A stretch of 64,000 nucleotides of DNA from Bacteroidota bacterium (GTDB lineage: Bacteria; Bacteroidota; Rhodothermia; Rhodothermales; UBA10348): positions 15,830 through 79,829 of the forward strand of contig JADFHF010000010.1 in assembly GCA_022567305.1 (NCBI GenBank), read 5' to 3'. How positions within the stretch are numbered: the stretch's first letter is position 1; each line of letters opens with the position of its first letter. Of the stretch, positions 50,601 through 58,945 are shown piece after piece. Below the pieces are notes generated by a model. The model had not been told where the DNA came from. It saw only the letters and a program-made list of their open reading frames with translations, and did not search any database. A program made the translations under genes and the position numbers.

Positions 50601-51203
50601 ACGATCGAATTCGTTGATCCGTTGTGTTGAGCCCTCTGGTAAGATGGGCGTGTCTTCGTCGGTTAGAGCTGCGCGTAAGTTCAATCCATCGGTGATCGGA
50701 CCCTCCACTTGCAATCGGAGACCGGACTCGATGGCTACGTCTCGTCCGGTACCCGAAGTAATTCCTCTAGTGATCGATCCACTCCGTCGAAGCTGAGACG
50801 AGCTTGCGTACGTCGCATCTCTGCCCGGTGTTTTGGAATGATCACGGCGACCGTTGTTTACAGAGCGGTCTCCCCGCCTCTTCAACGGCCATTTTCTCAG
50901 CGATCCCGTGAGGGAAATTGGGATATACTCGTACGAAATAATCATCAATCCAGGCTCCTCCGGATTTCGGTCGAGTAATTCCACGAAACCTGTTCGATAG
51001 TTTATCAGGTAAGCTTCTTTCCCAAGAACCTGATCATCGATGAAAACGGTTTCCGAACCCGGTGAGATAAATGGTCGGATCAGGAACGGTCCATTACCGG
51101 AAATGGCAAGGGTGTCAGCCTGTGAAGGGAGGTGTTCTTTCGCTCTTTCCTGAGCATGGCCAAGCGATACCAAAAAGATAGCGGAGAGCAGGTGCAGGCT
51201 CAT
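47661..51203 (-). CDS. Large hypothetical outer-membrane protein (about 1180 aa)
   Basis: Signal-peptide-like MSLHLLSAIFLVSLGHAQ, many amphipathic beta-strands, C-terminal Phe (ARFELSARF). The ORF-track start at 51371 overlaps the divergent ORF-track gene. Confidence 0.75.
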   Translation of the reverse strand: MSLHLLSAIFLVSLGHAQERAKEHLPSQADTLAISGNGPFLIRPFISPGSETVFIDDQVLGKEAYLINYRTGFVELLDRNPEEPGLMIISYEYIPISLTGSLRKWPLKRRGDRSVNNGRRDHSKTPGRDATYASSSQLRRSGSITRGITSGTGRDVAIESGLRLQVEGPITDGLNLRAALTDEDTPILPEGSTQRINEFDRVFIELRTSSGSVQLGDFDSRISGGEYAQLRRKLQGVTAFGKIAPKSEGLFRGGSFSIAGATSRGIFRVQEIQPIDGVQGPYRLEGNNGERFIIVIPGSEVVYLDGNRLDRGELNDYVVDYATGELTFSPTRIVTSDRRISVEFQYSTQQFTRTLLAADFDTGFGRISNGNPLFSIGGSIVREADGDQFGQEFGLTPADSLSIVLSGDTDAFSSGAVRVVYDPEALFTQYVVDVFIDPLNGEAPIFVVITTAPADSVQVFRVSFSRLGVGKGSYERTGLVSNGIAYRHVGAGNGEYEPVRLLPKPTLKQVFDVRATLNPSPILSLLGEWASSINDLNRLSGADAADDAGSAYHFGVTVHPTRLRLGSQTLGVFSAAYTRRFRDAWFSSFERIRPIEFARQWNIQNLEVDATGGILGAGDERLDEFSTRYSWSDSSFVETGYGALVLGSSFEGKRWDGRIRMSEGQLPRLDYRVESISSENFLVFERGNWFRQQGRLSRGFMNNSLIPFVEFEHENLKQRSELTDSLVAPSTRFLETRIGVSWNQAGYAVRMEVERRTADYYISGAWRPVDAWTLSSNLSLDPSRLLHSDVHVGIRHSDSNPLPGGSFEVQSKNSFVLRWNGKWRAQSSGLSLTWLYQAQTERSATMQEIYIRTGQERGEFVWLDENEDGVIQLEEFVPETTPNEGVYVRTFIPSDSLEATTGVRGRIRLEISPGSLFQSGASALQTFLKGVKSSTVVDLEERSRTPDPNDVYLLRLGSFRSSEYTLNGRLRIRQEFSFFRNSRSVDLNLSLQSARSLSELSAGEERRQSDLVRVFGRLTFHPRWSLRATIERSNEAQKSESFVSRNYDIVTTGFSPSVTWNASRPLLVTVATVISQKDEQNLGGRAKTVRIPIDARYRLERKFDLAARFEVASVDLRGQYAGRTAFELTDGRGAGTSYLWRLSLQSYLSDVLTATISYDGRAPEDRKVIHTARFELSARF

Positions 51204-51496
51204 CCGGAGAACAACTCTGACCAATAATGACGTGATAAGTGTGGGGCTGTCGATCAAACTAACTGGATCTATGTGTGTTGGTGGGTTTAATCTTCCCCTC
51301 ACCGAGCTCATCTTTGCGAATACTAATCGACTCCGTATGTGTTCTGAAGGGAGAGCCTCATCCGGATACAACGGATTTCATACGATCTCTCCAAAAAACT
51401 GCAGATCTCCCATTAGGTTGCCAGCCGAAAGATTGGAGTATAATTTCCTCTCGCGCAAGTCTTTTCTTCGTACGACTTTCAGATTCATATAGGCCC

Positions 51497-52897
51497 ATGT
51501 CGACTGTCGGTTCTGAGTCTAATCCAGCGCGTATTGCAATCATCGGTGCCGGCCCGGCAGGGTTTTATGCAGCGGAAAGATTTTTTCGAACGGCAGATCT
51601 TCATGTCTTCGTGGATGTTTACGATCGGCTCCCAACACCCCACGGGCTAGTCCGGGCCGGAGTGGCGCCCGATCACGAGAAAATCAAAAATGTGACGCGC
51701 GTCTTTGACAAAACGGCGTCAAACCCGGATTTTCGTTTCTTTGGAAATGTGGAGTACGGTTCTCATGTCTCGCTCGACGATCTGAAGCGATTTTACCACC
51801 AGGTATATTTTTCAACGGGGGCTCAGGTGGATCGGCGCCTTGGGATCCCGGGCGAAAATTTACCCCGAAGCCACTCGGCTACCGAATTCGTTGCCTGGTA
51901 TAACGGGCACCCTGACTACAGAGATCTCGAGTTTGACCTGTCCCAAGAGCAAGTAGCGATCATTGGAATGGGTAACGTGGCTGTTGACGTGGCTCGAATC
52001 CTTGCCAAGACGGTCGACGAACTGGCCGGAACGGACATTACAGATTATGCCTTGGAAGCGTTGGCGGAGAGCAAGGTGAAGGACATTTTCATGATCGGTC
52101 GACGCGGTCCTGCCCAAACGGCATTTACTACGCCCGAGATCAAGGAGATGGGTGAACTGGCCGATGCTTCCACGGTGGTCCTGGCAGACGAATTTGAACT
52201 CGATCCGGTGTCGGCAGCCGCTTTAGAGGAATCCCCTGATCGTATGACGTCAAAAAAGCTCGAGATCATGGCCGCATTTGTCGGTGGATCCCTTCCTGGA
52301 GCGAAGAGAAATTGCCACCTACGTTTTCTGTTGTCACCGACTGAGTTGATTGCTGGGAATGATGGCGGCGTATCGAGCATGCGACTGGTTCGAAACCGGC
52401 TTGAACTTCAAGACGGTGGCCGTATCGGATGTACCCCAACCGAGACAGAGATTGAACTCCCGGTCGGCCTTGTATTCCGTTCCGTCGGTTATCGGGGTGT
52501 TGCACTTCCCGGTCTCCCCTTCAACGATTCGTGGGGCGTGGTTCGAAATGAATTCGGACGAGTCGTCGATGATTCCGGGAACACATGTGTTGGATGCTAT
52601 GTGGGAGGATGGATTAAGCGGGGTCCAACCGGGGTGATAGGAACGAATAAGCCTGATGCATTCGAAACGGTCGACTTAATGATTGAAGACCTGAGTGCTG
52701 GGAAACATTTCGACCCTGAATCCACCGATTCGGAGTCGATTCAGTCTTTTGTACATGATCGGCAACCGCATCTCATTTCGTACGATGATTGGCTCCAAAT
52801 TGACGCAGCCGAGCGGACCGCTGGAGAATCGCGGGATCGTCCACGGGTGAAGTTCACTTCTGTAGAGGAGATGCTGGAGGTGCTGGAGCGTGACTAA
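51497..52897 (+). CDS. Ferredoxin--NADP+ reductase, adrenodoxin-reductase / FprA type
   Basis: IIGAGPAGFY, PTPHGLVRAGVAPDH, IGMGNVAVDVAR, GRRGPAQ, GWIKRGPTGVIGTN. Confidence 0.92.
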   Translation: MSTVGSESNPARIAIIGAGPAGFYAAERFFRTADLHVFVDVYDRLPTPHGLVRAGVAPDHEKIKNVTRVFDKTASNPDFRFFGNVEYGSHVSLDDLKRFYHQVYFSTGAQVDRRLGIPGENLPRSHSATEFVAWYNGHPDYRDLEFDLSQEQVAIIGMGNVAVDVARILAKTVDELAGTDITDYALEALAESKVKDIFMIGRRGPAQTAFTTPEIKEMGELADASTVVLADEFELDPVSAAALEESPDRMTSKKLEIMAAFVGGSLPGAKRNCHLRFLLSPTELIAGNDGGVSSMRLVRNRLELQDGGRIGCTPTETEIELPVGLVFRSVGYRGVALPGLPFNDSWGVVRNEFGRVVDDSGNTCVGCYVGGWIKRGPTGVIGTNKPDAFETVDLMIEDLSAGKHFDPESTDSESIQSFVHDRQPHLISYDDWLQIDAAERTAGESRDRPRVKFTSVEEMLEVLERD

Positions 52898-52931
52898 CCG
52901 AGCGTAACCCAAAGCTAGCGTACCAGCTTAG

Positions 52932-53141
52932 CTAATGAACCGAGGAAATCTCCGTAACACGATAACCCTCTTTGTCAATCGCCGCCCGGATTTCGTCGTC
53001 GTTTGCCGAAGACGATTTAATGGTCGCAGAGCCGATGTCCACTTCCACGATGGTTAAGCCCGACACCGACGTGAGTGCTCCTCGGACCGCATTGACGCAG
53101 TGATGGCAATGCATCCCAGAAACCTGTATTGATTTTACCAT
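52932..53141 (-). CDS. copZ: Copper chaperone (HMA domain, CopZ-like)
   Basis: 69 aa from the ATG at 53141, GMHCHHC motif, C-terminal AIDKEGY; directly after copA. Confidence 0.88.
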   Translation of the reverse strand: MVKSIQVSGMHCHHCVNAVRGALTSVSGLTIVEVDIGSATIKSSSANDDEIRAAIDKEGYRVTEISSVH

Positions 53142-53181
53142 TTGAATATTTTCCTCGACCTCAAATTGGTTCTTTCGAGAT

Positions 53182-55677
53182 CTAAATAAGTTTCCTAAGG
53201 CGGAGGCTGTTCGATACCACAGAAATGCTCGAGAGCGCCATGGCGGCCGAGGCCAACACCGGGCTGAGTACGATTCCAAACATGGGGTAAAGCACACCTG
53301 CGGCGACCGGTATACAAATAATATTGTATATAAAGGCGAAAAATAAATTCTGGTGTATCACCGACATGGTTTTTCGCGAAAGTCTAATCGATTCGGCCAC
53401 ACTGCGAACATCAGACTGCATCAGTGTAACATCGCTTGCTTCCACCGCTATGTCGGTCCCGCTAACCATGGCAATCCCGACGTCCGCTTGAGCGAGCGCA
53501 GGTGCGTCGTTGATCCCGTCACCGACCATCGCAACCGTCTCTCCCTGCTTCTGCAAAGATTTGATCGCAGCCGTTTTCTCGTGAGGACGAACATCCGAAA
53601 TAACTCGATCAATCCCGATCTGGCGTCCTATCTCGTCCACACTTGCTGCCCGGTCACCACTGATTAATAGAACGGACAGGTCAAGAGCTTTCAGATCCTC
53701 GATGCCCGCCTTGGATGTCGGCCGAATCGGGTCAGCGATCGCCAAGGAGCCGATAATAGATCCATCAGAGGCGACAAATACAGTGGTAAAGCCTTTCGAA
53801 TCCCATTCGTCGTTTTCTTCCAAACCAACAAGATCAATTCCATTTGATTCGAGATACGATCTGTTACCGACCATGACCTTTCTACGATCGACGACTCCAG
53901 TCACCCCCAGCCCCGTATCAGATTCGAAGGATGAGGCTTCCCGTATCTCTGCCCCCGACTGAGTGGCGGCATCAACAATCGCCTTGGCGATAGGATGCTC
54001 CGAATGCTTTTCCACCGAAGCAGCCAGAGAAATAAGAGCCGTAGAGTCGAATCCGTCCGAACCGGCGACCTCCTGAACGCTTGGTCGACCCTCTGTAACG
54101 GTTCCGGTTTTGTCCAGTGCAACCGTCGTAACTGCACCTGTTGTCTGGATGGCCCCTCCATCTCTTAAAAGGATTCCCTTTGTCGCCGCTCGTCCCGTAC
54201 CAACAACGATCGCCGTAGGCGTTGCGAGTCCGAGTGCACACGGACATGCAATAATCAGGACGGTAACGAATCGCAGCAACGCGTGATTGACAATCGGTTC
54301 CGGACCGAATGCTAGCCAGACGACCGCGGTCACGACCGCGATCGAGAGTACGATCGGTACGAAAACAGCCGCGATTCGATCAGCCAGTTTCTGAATGGGG
54401 GCCTTCGAGCTCTGAGCCTCGTGGACCAATCTGACAATTTGACTGAGCATGGTGTCGCGGCCGACACGCGTGACTTCGACCCTGAAAGATCCCGTTGTAT
54501 TCACCGTCCCAGCCGAAACACGGTCACCTGTCTCTTTTAAGACAGGTATTGGTTCACCCGTCAGCATACTCTCGTCGACGCTCGATTGACCGGAGACGAG
54601 TATCCCGTCAACCGGGATACGCTCGCCCGGCTTCAGTCTCACCAGATCGCCAATCCGAACCTGACTTGAAGGGATCAGGATTTCGAGACCCTTTCGTATG
54701 ACGCAGGCCTCATCAGGCTGCAAGGCGATCAGGCCCTTGATTGCAGCTCCAGTCCTACCTTTGGCGCGTTCTTCGATCAGCCTGCCGACAAGAATCAGCG
54801 TCACAATGATAGCTGCCGCCTCGAAATAGACTTCAGGAGCTTGTCCGGTGGCGAGGAAAAACGTCGGAAATAACACAGCGGAAAAGCTGTATGCGTAGGC
54901 CGCCCCAACCCCAAGAGCCACAAGCGTATTCATATCCGAGGCATGATGACGTGCGGCCTGGAATGCCAGCCAAAAGAACTCTCTTCCAGCAATCAGTACG
55001 ACGGGTGTCGAAAGCAGAAGAAGAACCACATTCTGATTCGGAAGATGAATGGCTCCGTGCGCCATAGAGATGACCGCAATCGGAAGCGTCAAAACACCGG
55101 CCAGCCACAATCTATTTTTAAGCCCCCCCAAACGATGGGAATGGCGTTCATCCGAATCTGTCACGACAGACTCCTTGTCCCATCCGTCCGTCGATTCTCC
55201 GTGGTATTCGTTGAAAACCGACTCCAGTTCATAACTCTTTACCATTCCCGGGACGTATCTCACGCGCAGCAAAATGTCGTTTGCCTCCTTTTCCCGGGAC
55301 ACTTCTAGAATTCCGTTTCGTGATCGGAGATCGTGTTCGAGGGCGTCAGCCGTCGGTTCTGCATTCGCGCCTGCTATAATCGTTTCGGCCACCGACGTAT
55401 GGACCTGATAGCCGGTTTTTTCAACGGTGGAAATCAATTCTGAAACCGGAATCGGGTCTCCATCGAACCGGACCAAGGCTTCCTCCGTCGCATAGTTAAC
55501 GACCGCAGTGGAAACTCCCGGGAGTTCAGAAAGCTTGCGTTCGACGCGAAGGGCACAAGCGGTACACATCATGCCCTCGATGGGAAGAGAAACGGGATCG
55601 CGGTCCAGGGAACCGTTTTCGTCAACCGGTTGCGTACCGACGGTAGGCATATTTAAGATCTGATTTTCGGCCTTCAA
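53182..55677 (-). CDS. copA: Cu(I)-translocating P1B-1 ATPase
   Basis: HMA GMMCTAC, TGE, CPC, DKTGT, SEHP, GDGIND, YN and MALSS Cu(I) signatures; start at 55677 or 55650. Confidence 0.94.
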   Translation of the reverse strand: MKAENQILNMPTVGTQPVDENGSLDRDPVSLPIEGMMCTACALRVERKLSELPGVSTAVVNYATEEALVRFDGDPIPVSELISTVEKTGYQVHTSVAETIIAGANAEPTADALEHDLRSRNGILEVSREKEANDILLRVRYVPGMVKSYELESVFNEYHGESTDGWDKESVVTDSDERHSHRLGGLKNRLWLAGVLTLPIAVISMAHGAIHLPNQNVVLLLLSTPVVLIAGREFFWLAFQAARHHASDMNTLVALGVGAAYAYSFSAVLFPTFFLATGQAPEVYFEAAAIIVTLILVGRLIEERAKGRTGAAIKGLIALQPDEACVIRKGLEILIPSSQVRIGDLVRLKPGERIPVDGILVSGQSSVDESMLTGEPIPVLKETGDRVSAGTVNTTGSFRVEVTRVGRDTMLSQIVRLVHEAQSSKAPIQKLADRIAAVFVPIVLSIAVVTAVVWLAFGPEPIVNHALLRFVTVLIIACPCALGLATPTAIVVGTGRAATKGILLRDGGAIQTTGAVTTVALDKTGTVTEGRPSVQEVAGSDGFDSTALISLAASVEKHSEHPIAKAIVDAATQSGAEIREASSFESDTGLGVTGVVDRRKVMVGNRSYLESNGIDLVGLEENDEWDSKGFTTVFVASDGSIIGSLAIADPIRPTSKAGIEDLKALDLSVLLISGDRAASVDEIGRQIGIDRVISDVRPHEKTAAIKSLQKQGETVAMVGDGINDAPALAQADVGIAMVSGTDIAVEASDVTLMQSDVRSVAESIRLSRKTMSVIHQNLFFAFIYNIICIPVAAGVLYPMFGIVLSPVLASAAMALSSISVVSNSLRLRKLI

Positions 55678-55895
55678 TTCGGTTCACGACCCGATAAGAA
55701 CATCGATTTTCATGATACCGATTCTACTCCCTGTACTCTCATTAGTTTGTTCCTACGAGCACTTCTGGAGGCAAGTTGAAGAGCTTGTTTAGAATCGAAA
55801 AAGAGGGGTCATGACCCTGAATAATCATCGACTCCCGTCTTATTATCTAACCAAAATCATTGGGCACCCGCACAGGCCTAAACCGCACCGTAATT

Positions 55896-56858
55896 ATGAA
55901 AGACGTCATTTCAGCTCAGCTAGACCGGACCCTTGATGGCACACATTTTCTTGAGCTCGGACAACGATACCAGGGCAAAGTTCGTGACACATATACCATG
56001 AATGATCAGATCGTGCTGATTACGACGGATCGAATTTCTGCCTTCGATCACGTACTTCACCAAACCATACCTTTCAAGGGTCAGGTTCTCAATCAACTGG
56101 CCGCCTACTGTTTTGAGAAGACGTCGGACATCATGCCTAATCACGTGATTTCCATTCCGGATCCGAACGTCACACTCGCCATGAAATGCGAAACGGTGCC
56201 GATTGAGTTTGTCGTTAGAGGATATCTGGCGGGTCACGCATGGCGGACCTACCGGAGCGGAGTTCGTGAACTGTGTGGAGAAATACTCCCGGAAGGCCTT
56301 CGCCAGAATAGCAGGCTCCCGGAACCCATTCTCACGCCTACTACTAAAGCACACGAAGGTCACGACGAAGACATTTCTGCTGCAGACATTGTTTCCAACG
56401 GCATCATGGAAGAACAGACCTTTTCGTATTTGAGAGATTGTGCACTGAAATTGTTTGCCAGGGGCACGGAGATTGCGGCTCAGCAAGGCTTGATTCTCGT
56501 TGATACGAAATATGAATTCGGACTCAGTCCGGACGGCACGTATGTGGTTATAGACGAAATTCATACGCCGGACTCATCCCGGTATTTCTATGCGGATACG
56601 TACGCGGAATTACTGGCTGCTGACGAGCCGCAAAGACAACTTTCGAAGGAATTCGTCCGGGAATGGCTTATTGAGAAAGGGTTCCAGGGAGAGGAAGGCC
56701 AAGTGCTTCCCGATCTGGACGAATCCTTTCGAGTTGAGGTAGCTTCCCGATACATCGAATTATTCGAACGCATCACAGGGAAATCATTTTCACCCGATAC
56801 GCATCCCGATCCCCAGCAACGGTGTCAGGAAGTACTTTTAAACCTCGCCCAAGCTTAG
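55896..56858 (+). CDS. purC: SAICAR synthetase
   Basis: YQGKVRD, TDRISAFD, PIEFVVRGYLAG, TPTTKA, LVDTKYEFG, DEIHTPDSSR, LSKEFVR. Confidence 0.96.
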   Translation: MKDVISAQLDRTLDGTHFLELGQRYQGKVRDTYTMNDQIVLITTDRISAFDHVLHQTIPFKGQVLNQLAAYCFEKTSDIMPNHVISIPDPNVTLAMKCETVPIEFVVRGYLAGHAWRTYRSGVRELCGEILPEGLRQNSRLPEPILTPTTKAHEGHDEDISAADIVSNGIMEEQTFSYLRDCALKLFARGTEIAAQQGLILVDTKYEFGLSPDGTYVVIDEIHTPDSSRYFYADTYAELLAADEPQRQLSKEFVREWLIEKGFQGEEGQVLPDLDESFRVEVASRYIELFERITGKSFSPDTHPDPQQRCQEVLLNLAQA

Positions 56859-57289
56859 GACGGGGTGCTCCCTGTGACCCACTCGGTGCTTCCGTCTTCG
56901 TAGACTTCTTTTTTCCAGATGGGGACGCGCTTCTTCAGCTCGTCAATCAGGAATTGGCACGCTTCAAACGACTCGGCTCGATGCGCGGTTGCTACACCGA
57001 TAACGACCGAGGCCTCCCCTACGGCGACAAAGCCCGTCCGGTGCACCACAGCTACGCGTAGTATGGGCCACTTCGATTGTGCTTCAGACACAATTCTCGA
57101 GAGTTCTGCCAAAGCCAGTTCCCTGGCACATTCGTAGGAGAGCTCGACGGTGATCCGATCGTCGGTTACCCGACGCGTCGTTCCGACAAATAGATTCACT
57201 GCCCCCCCTTCCGCCTCGCGTAGAAACGCCTCCAGATCAGAAATAACAATCCGATTTCCAGTGATCTCTATCCAGGCGCTCTGACTCAT
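56855..57289 (-). CDS. moaE: Molybdopterin synthase catalytic subunit
   Basis: GAVNLFVGTTR, VHRTG, ATAHR, IDELKKRVPIWKKE. Confidence 0.95.
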   Translation of the reverse strand: MSQSAWIEITGNRIVISDLEAFLREAEGGAVNLFVGTTRRVTDDRITVELSYECARELALAELSRIVSEAQSKWPILRVAVVHRTGFVAVGEASVVIGVATAHRAESFEACQFLIDELKKRVPIWKKEVYEDGSTEWVTGSTPS

Positions 57290-57322
57290 TTCAAAAATTC
57301 TGGTGTGCCTTGCGAACGCCCA

Positions 57323-57568
57323 TTATCCACCACTGACCGGGGGTATGAGGAGAAGCGTGGAATCGGGTTCAATTTTAGAATCATTCGACAGGTAGGCTGC
57401 TGAATTCGCGATTCTGACCGACGACATCAATCCCGCAAGTTTCTGGTGGCGTTCACCGACTGCAGCTAACAGGGAGATACCCGTACAGCCCGTCGGGAGC
57501 TCGAATAATTCTGAAGACAGTCCCGAAATCTCTTTCAGAATCGCATAATATTCGACGGTTATGGTCAT
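57323..57568 (-). CDS. moaD: Molybdopterin synthase sulfur carrier
   Basis: 81 aa, VEYYAILKE N-terminus, C-terminal PPVSGG; adjacent to moaE. Confidence 0.93.
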   Translation of the reverse strand: MTITVEYYAILKEISGLSSELFELPTGCTGISLLAAVGERHQKLAGLMSSVRIANSAAYLSNDSKIEPDSTLLLIPPVSGG

Positions 57569-57596
57569 TTACGGTTTGATAGACGGGTCGCTGCAG

Positions 57597-58841
57597 TTAG
57601 CTGGAATGAATGGCCTTGATGGGTTCTATTCGAGCCGCGAATCGTGCCGGGATATATGATGACAACGCACACATAATTAGTGTTAGCACCCCAACGATGA
57701 TAAAATCAAATAAATTCAACTGAATGGGCGCTGTACTCATATAGTACGCTTCTTCAGGTAGGGGAATTATCGAAAAACGTAGCTGGATCCAGGCAAGAAT
57801 TAGCGCCGTGACCTCTCCGAAGGCCACGCCGGCGACTCCGATGTACAATCCCAACATCAAAAACAACTTCCGCAGACTCGCTGCCGAGGCGCCCATACTG
57901 GAGAGAATGCCAATCTCCCGGGTCTTCTCCAGAATAATCATCAAAAGTGTCCCGATAATGTTGAAGGCAGCGACCAGGATGATAATTCCAATCACGAGCG
58001 GGATAATATTTTCCTGTAGGTTTACCCACGCAAAAAGACTACGGTACACATCGTAAATGGACCGGGCCATCACCGGAAAAGTGAGGTCCTCGTCGATTGT
58101 TTCGGCAACGCCACGAGGATCGAATCCGGCATGAAGGGATAGGTCGTATCGCGTGACTTCGTCGGGTCGATACTCCAGGAGTGAGCGGGCTATTTCAATA
58201 TCCGTAAAAACATATAGTTCATCGAAATTGGCCAACGACGTTTCGAAGATGCCAGAGACATGGAATTGCTTCACTTTTGGCGGTCGCATCACGCTTCCTA
58301 CGTCCGCACGATTTCTCAAAGAAAAAATGGTAATTCGGTCGTCAATTTGTAAGCCGAGCGATGTGGCCAATTTTCTGCCGATCACCATGCCTGCAAGACC
58401 ATCTTCGCGGACATTAAAGCTGCCGTTTCCCTCCTGCAAGACGCCCGCTAAATAGCCTGGTAGTACGTCCGTTCCCCAGATTGAAACCCCATCAATCCGG
58501 GTACTCGATTTTCTAAGAAGGACGAATTCCTGTACGACGGGGGAAACGTTTTCGACCTCCGGGTACGTCACCAGCTGATCATACAATATTGAAGCGTTCT
58601 CAAGCGGTGCGTCACGAAAACTTTCCACCTGTATCTGAGCACCAAATCCAACGATCTTGGCCTCAATTTCCTGGCTGAAGCCTCGTACGATCGAAAGGGC
58701 AAGGATGAGTGTCGCAACGCCGAGAGCGACTCCACCAACAGAAATGAACGTGATTAATCGAAGGAATCGACGTCCTTCAGATCTGCCTTGGGCTCGTCGC
58801 AAATACCGAAGCGCGATATATCGCTCGAGTGAAAGTGGCAA
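57597..58841 (-). CDS. LolC/E-type (lipoprotein-releasing) ABC transporter permease
   Basis: YIALRYLR, GVALGVATLILALSIVRGF, VAAFNIIGTL..IILEKTREIGIL, YIPARFAARIEP; start codon uncertain. Confidence 0.9.
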   Translation of the reverse strand: MPLSLERYIALRYLRRAQGRSEGRRFLRLITFISVGGVALGVATLILALSIVRGFSQEIEAKIVGFGAQIQVESFRDAPLENASILYDQLVTYPEVENVSPVVQEFVLLRKSSTRIDGVSIWGTDVLPGYLAGVLQEGNGSFNVREDGLAGMVIGRKLATSLGLQIDDRITIFSLRNRADVGSVMRPPKVKQFHVSGIFETSLANFDELYVFTDIEIARSLLEYRPDEVTRYDLSLHAGFDPRGVAETIDEDLTFPVMARSIYDVYRSLFAWVNLQENIIPLVIGIIILVAAFNIIGTLLMIILEKTREIGILSSMGASAASLRKLFLMLGLYIGVAGVAFGEVTALILAWIQLRFSIIPLPEEAYYMSTAPIQLNLFDFIIVGVLTLIMCALSSYIPARFAARIEPIKAIHSS

Positions 58842-58945
58842 AGCTTCCTGGGTTGGCGGGAGGAGAGGATCCGCCCAAGACGATTGGATCGTTTAATTGA
58901 TCCTGGCTATGCCTTTGTGCCTTCCCAGGAGCTTGCCGATTCAGA

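Noticed and set aside
55806-55817. 12-bp palindrome GGGTCATGACCC between copA and purC
   Set aside because: A single short palindrome is expected by chance in 64 kb, and it matches no operator I can name.
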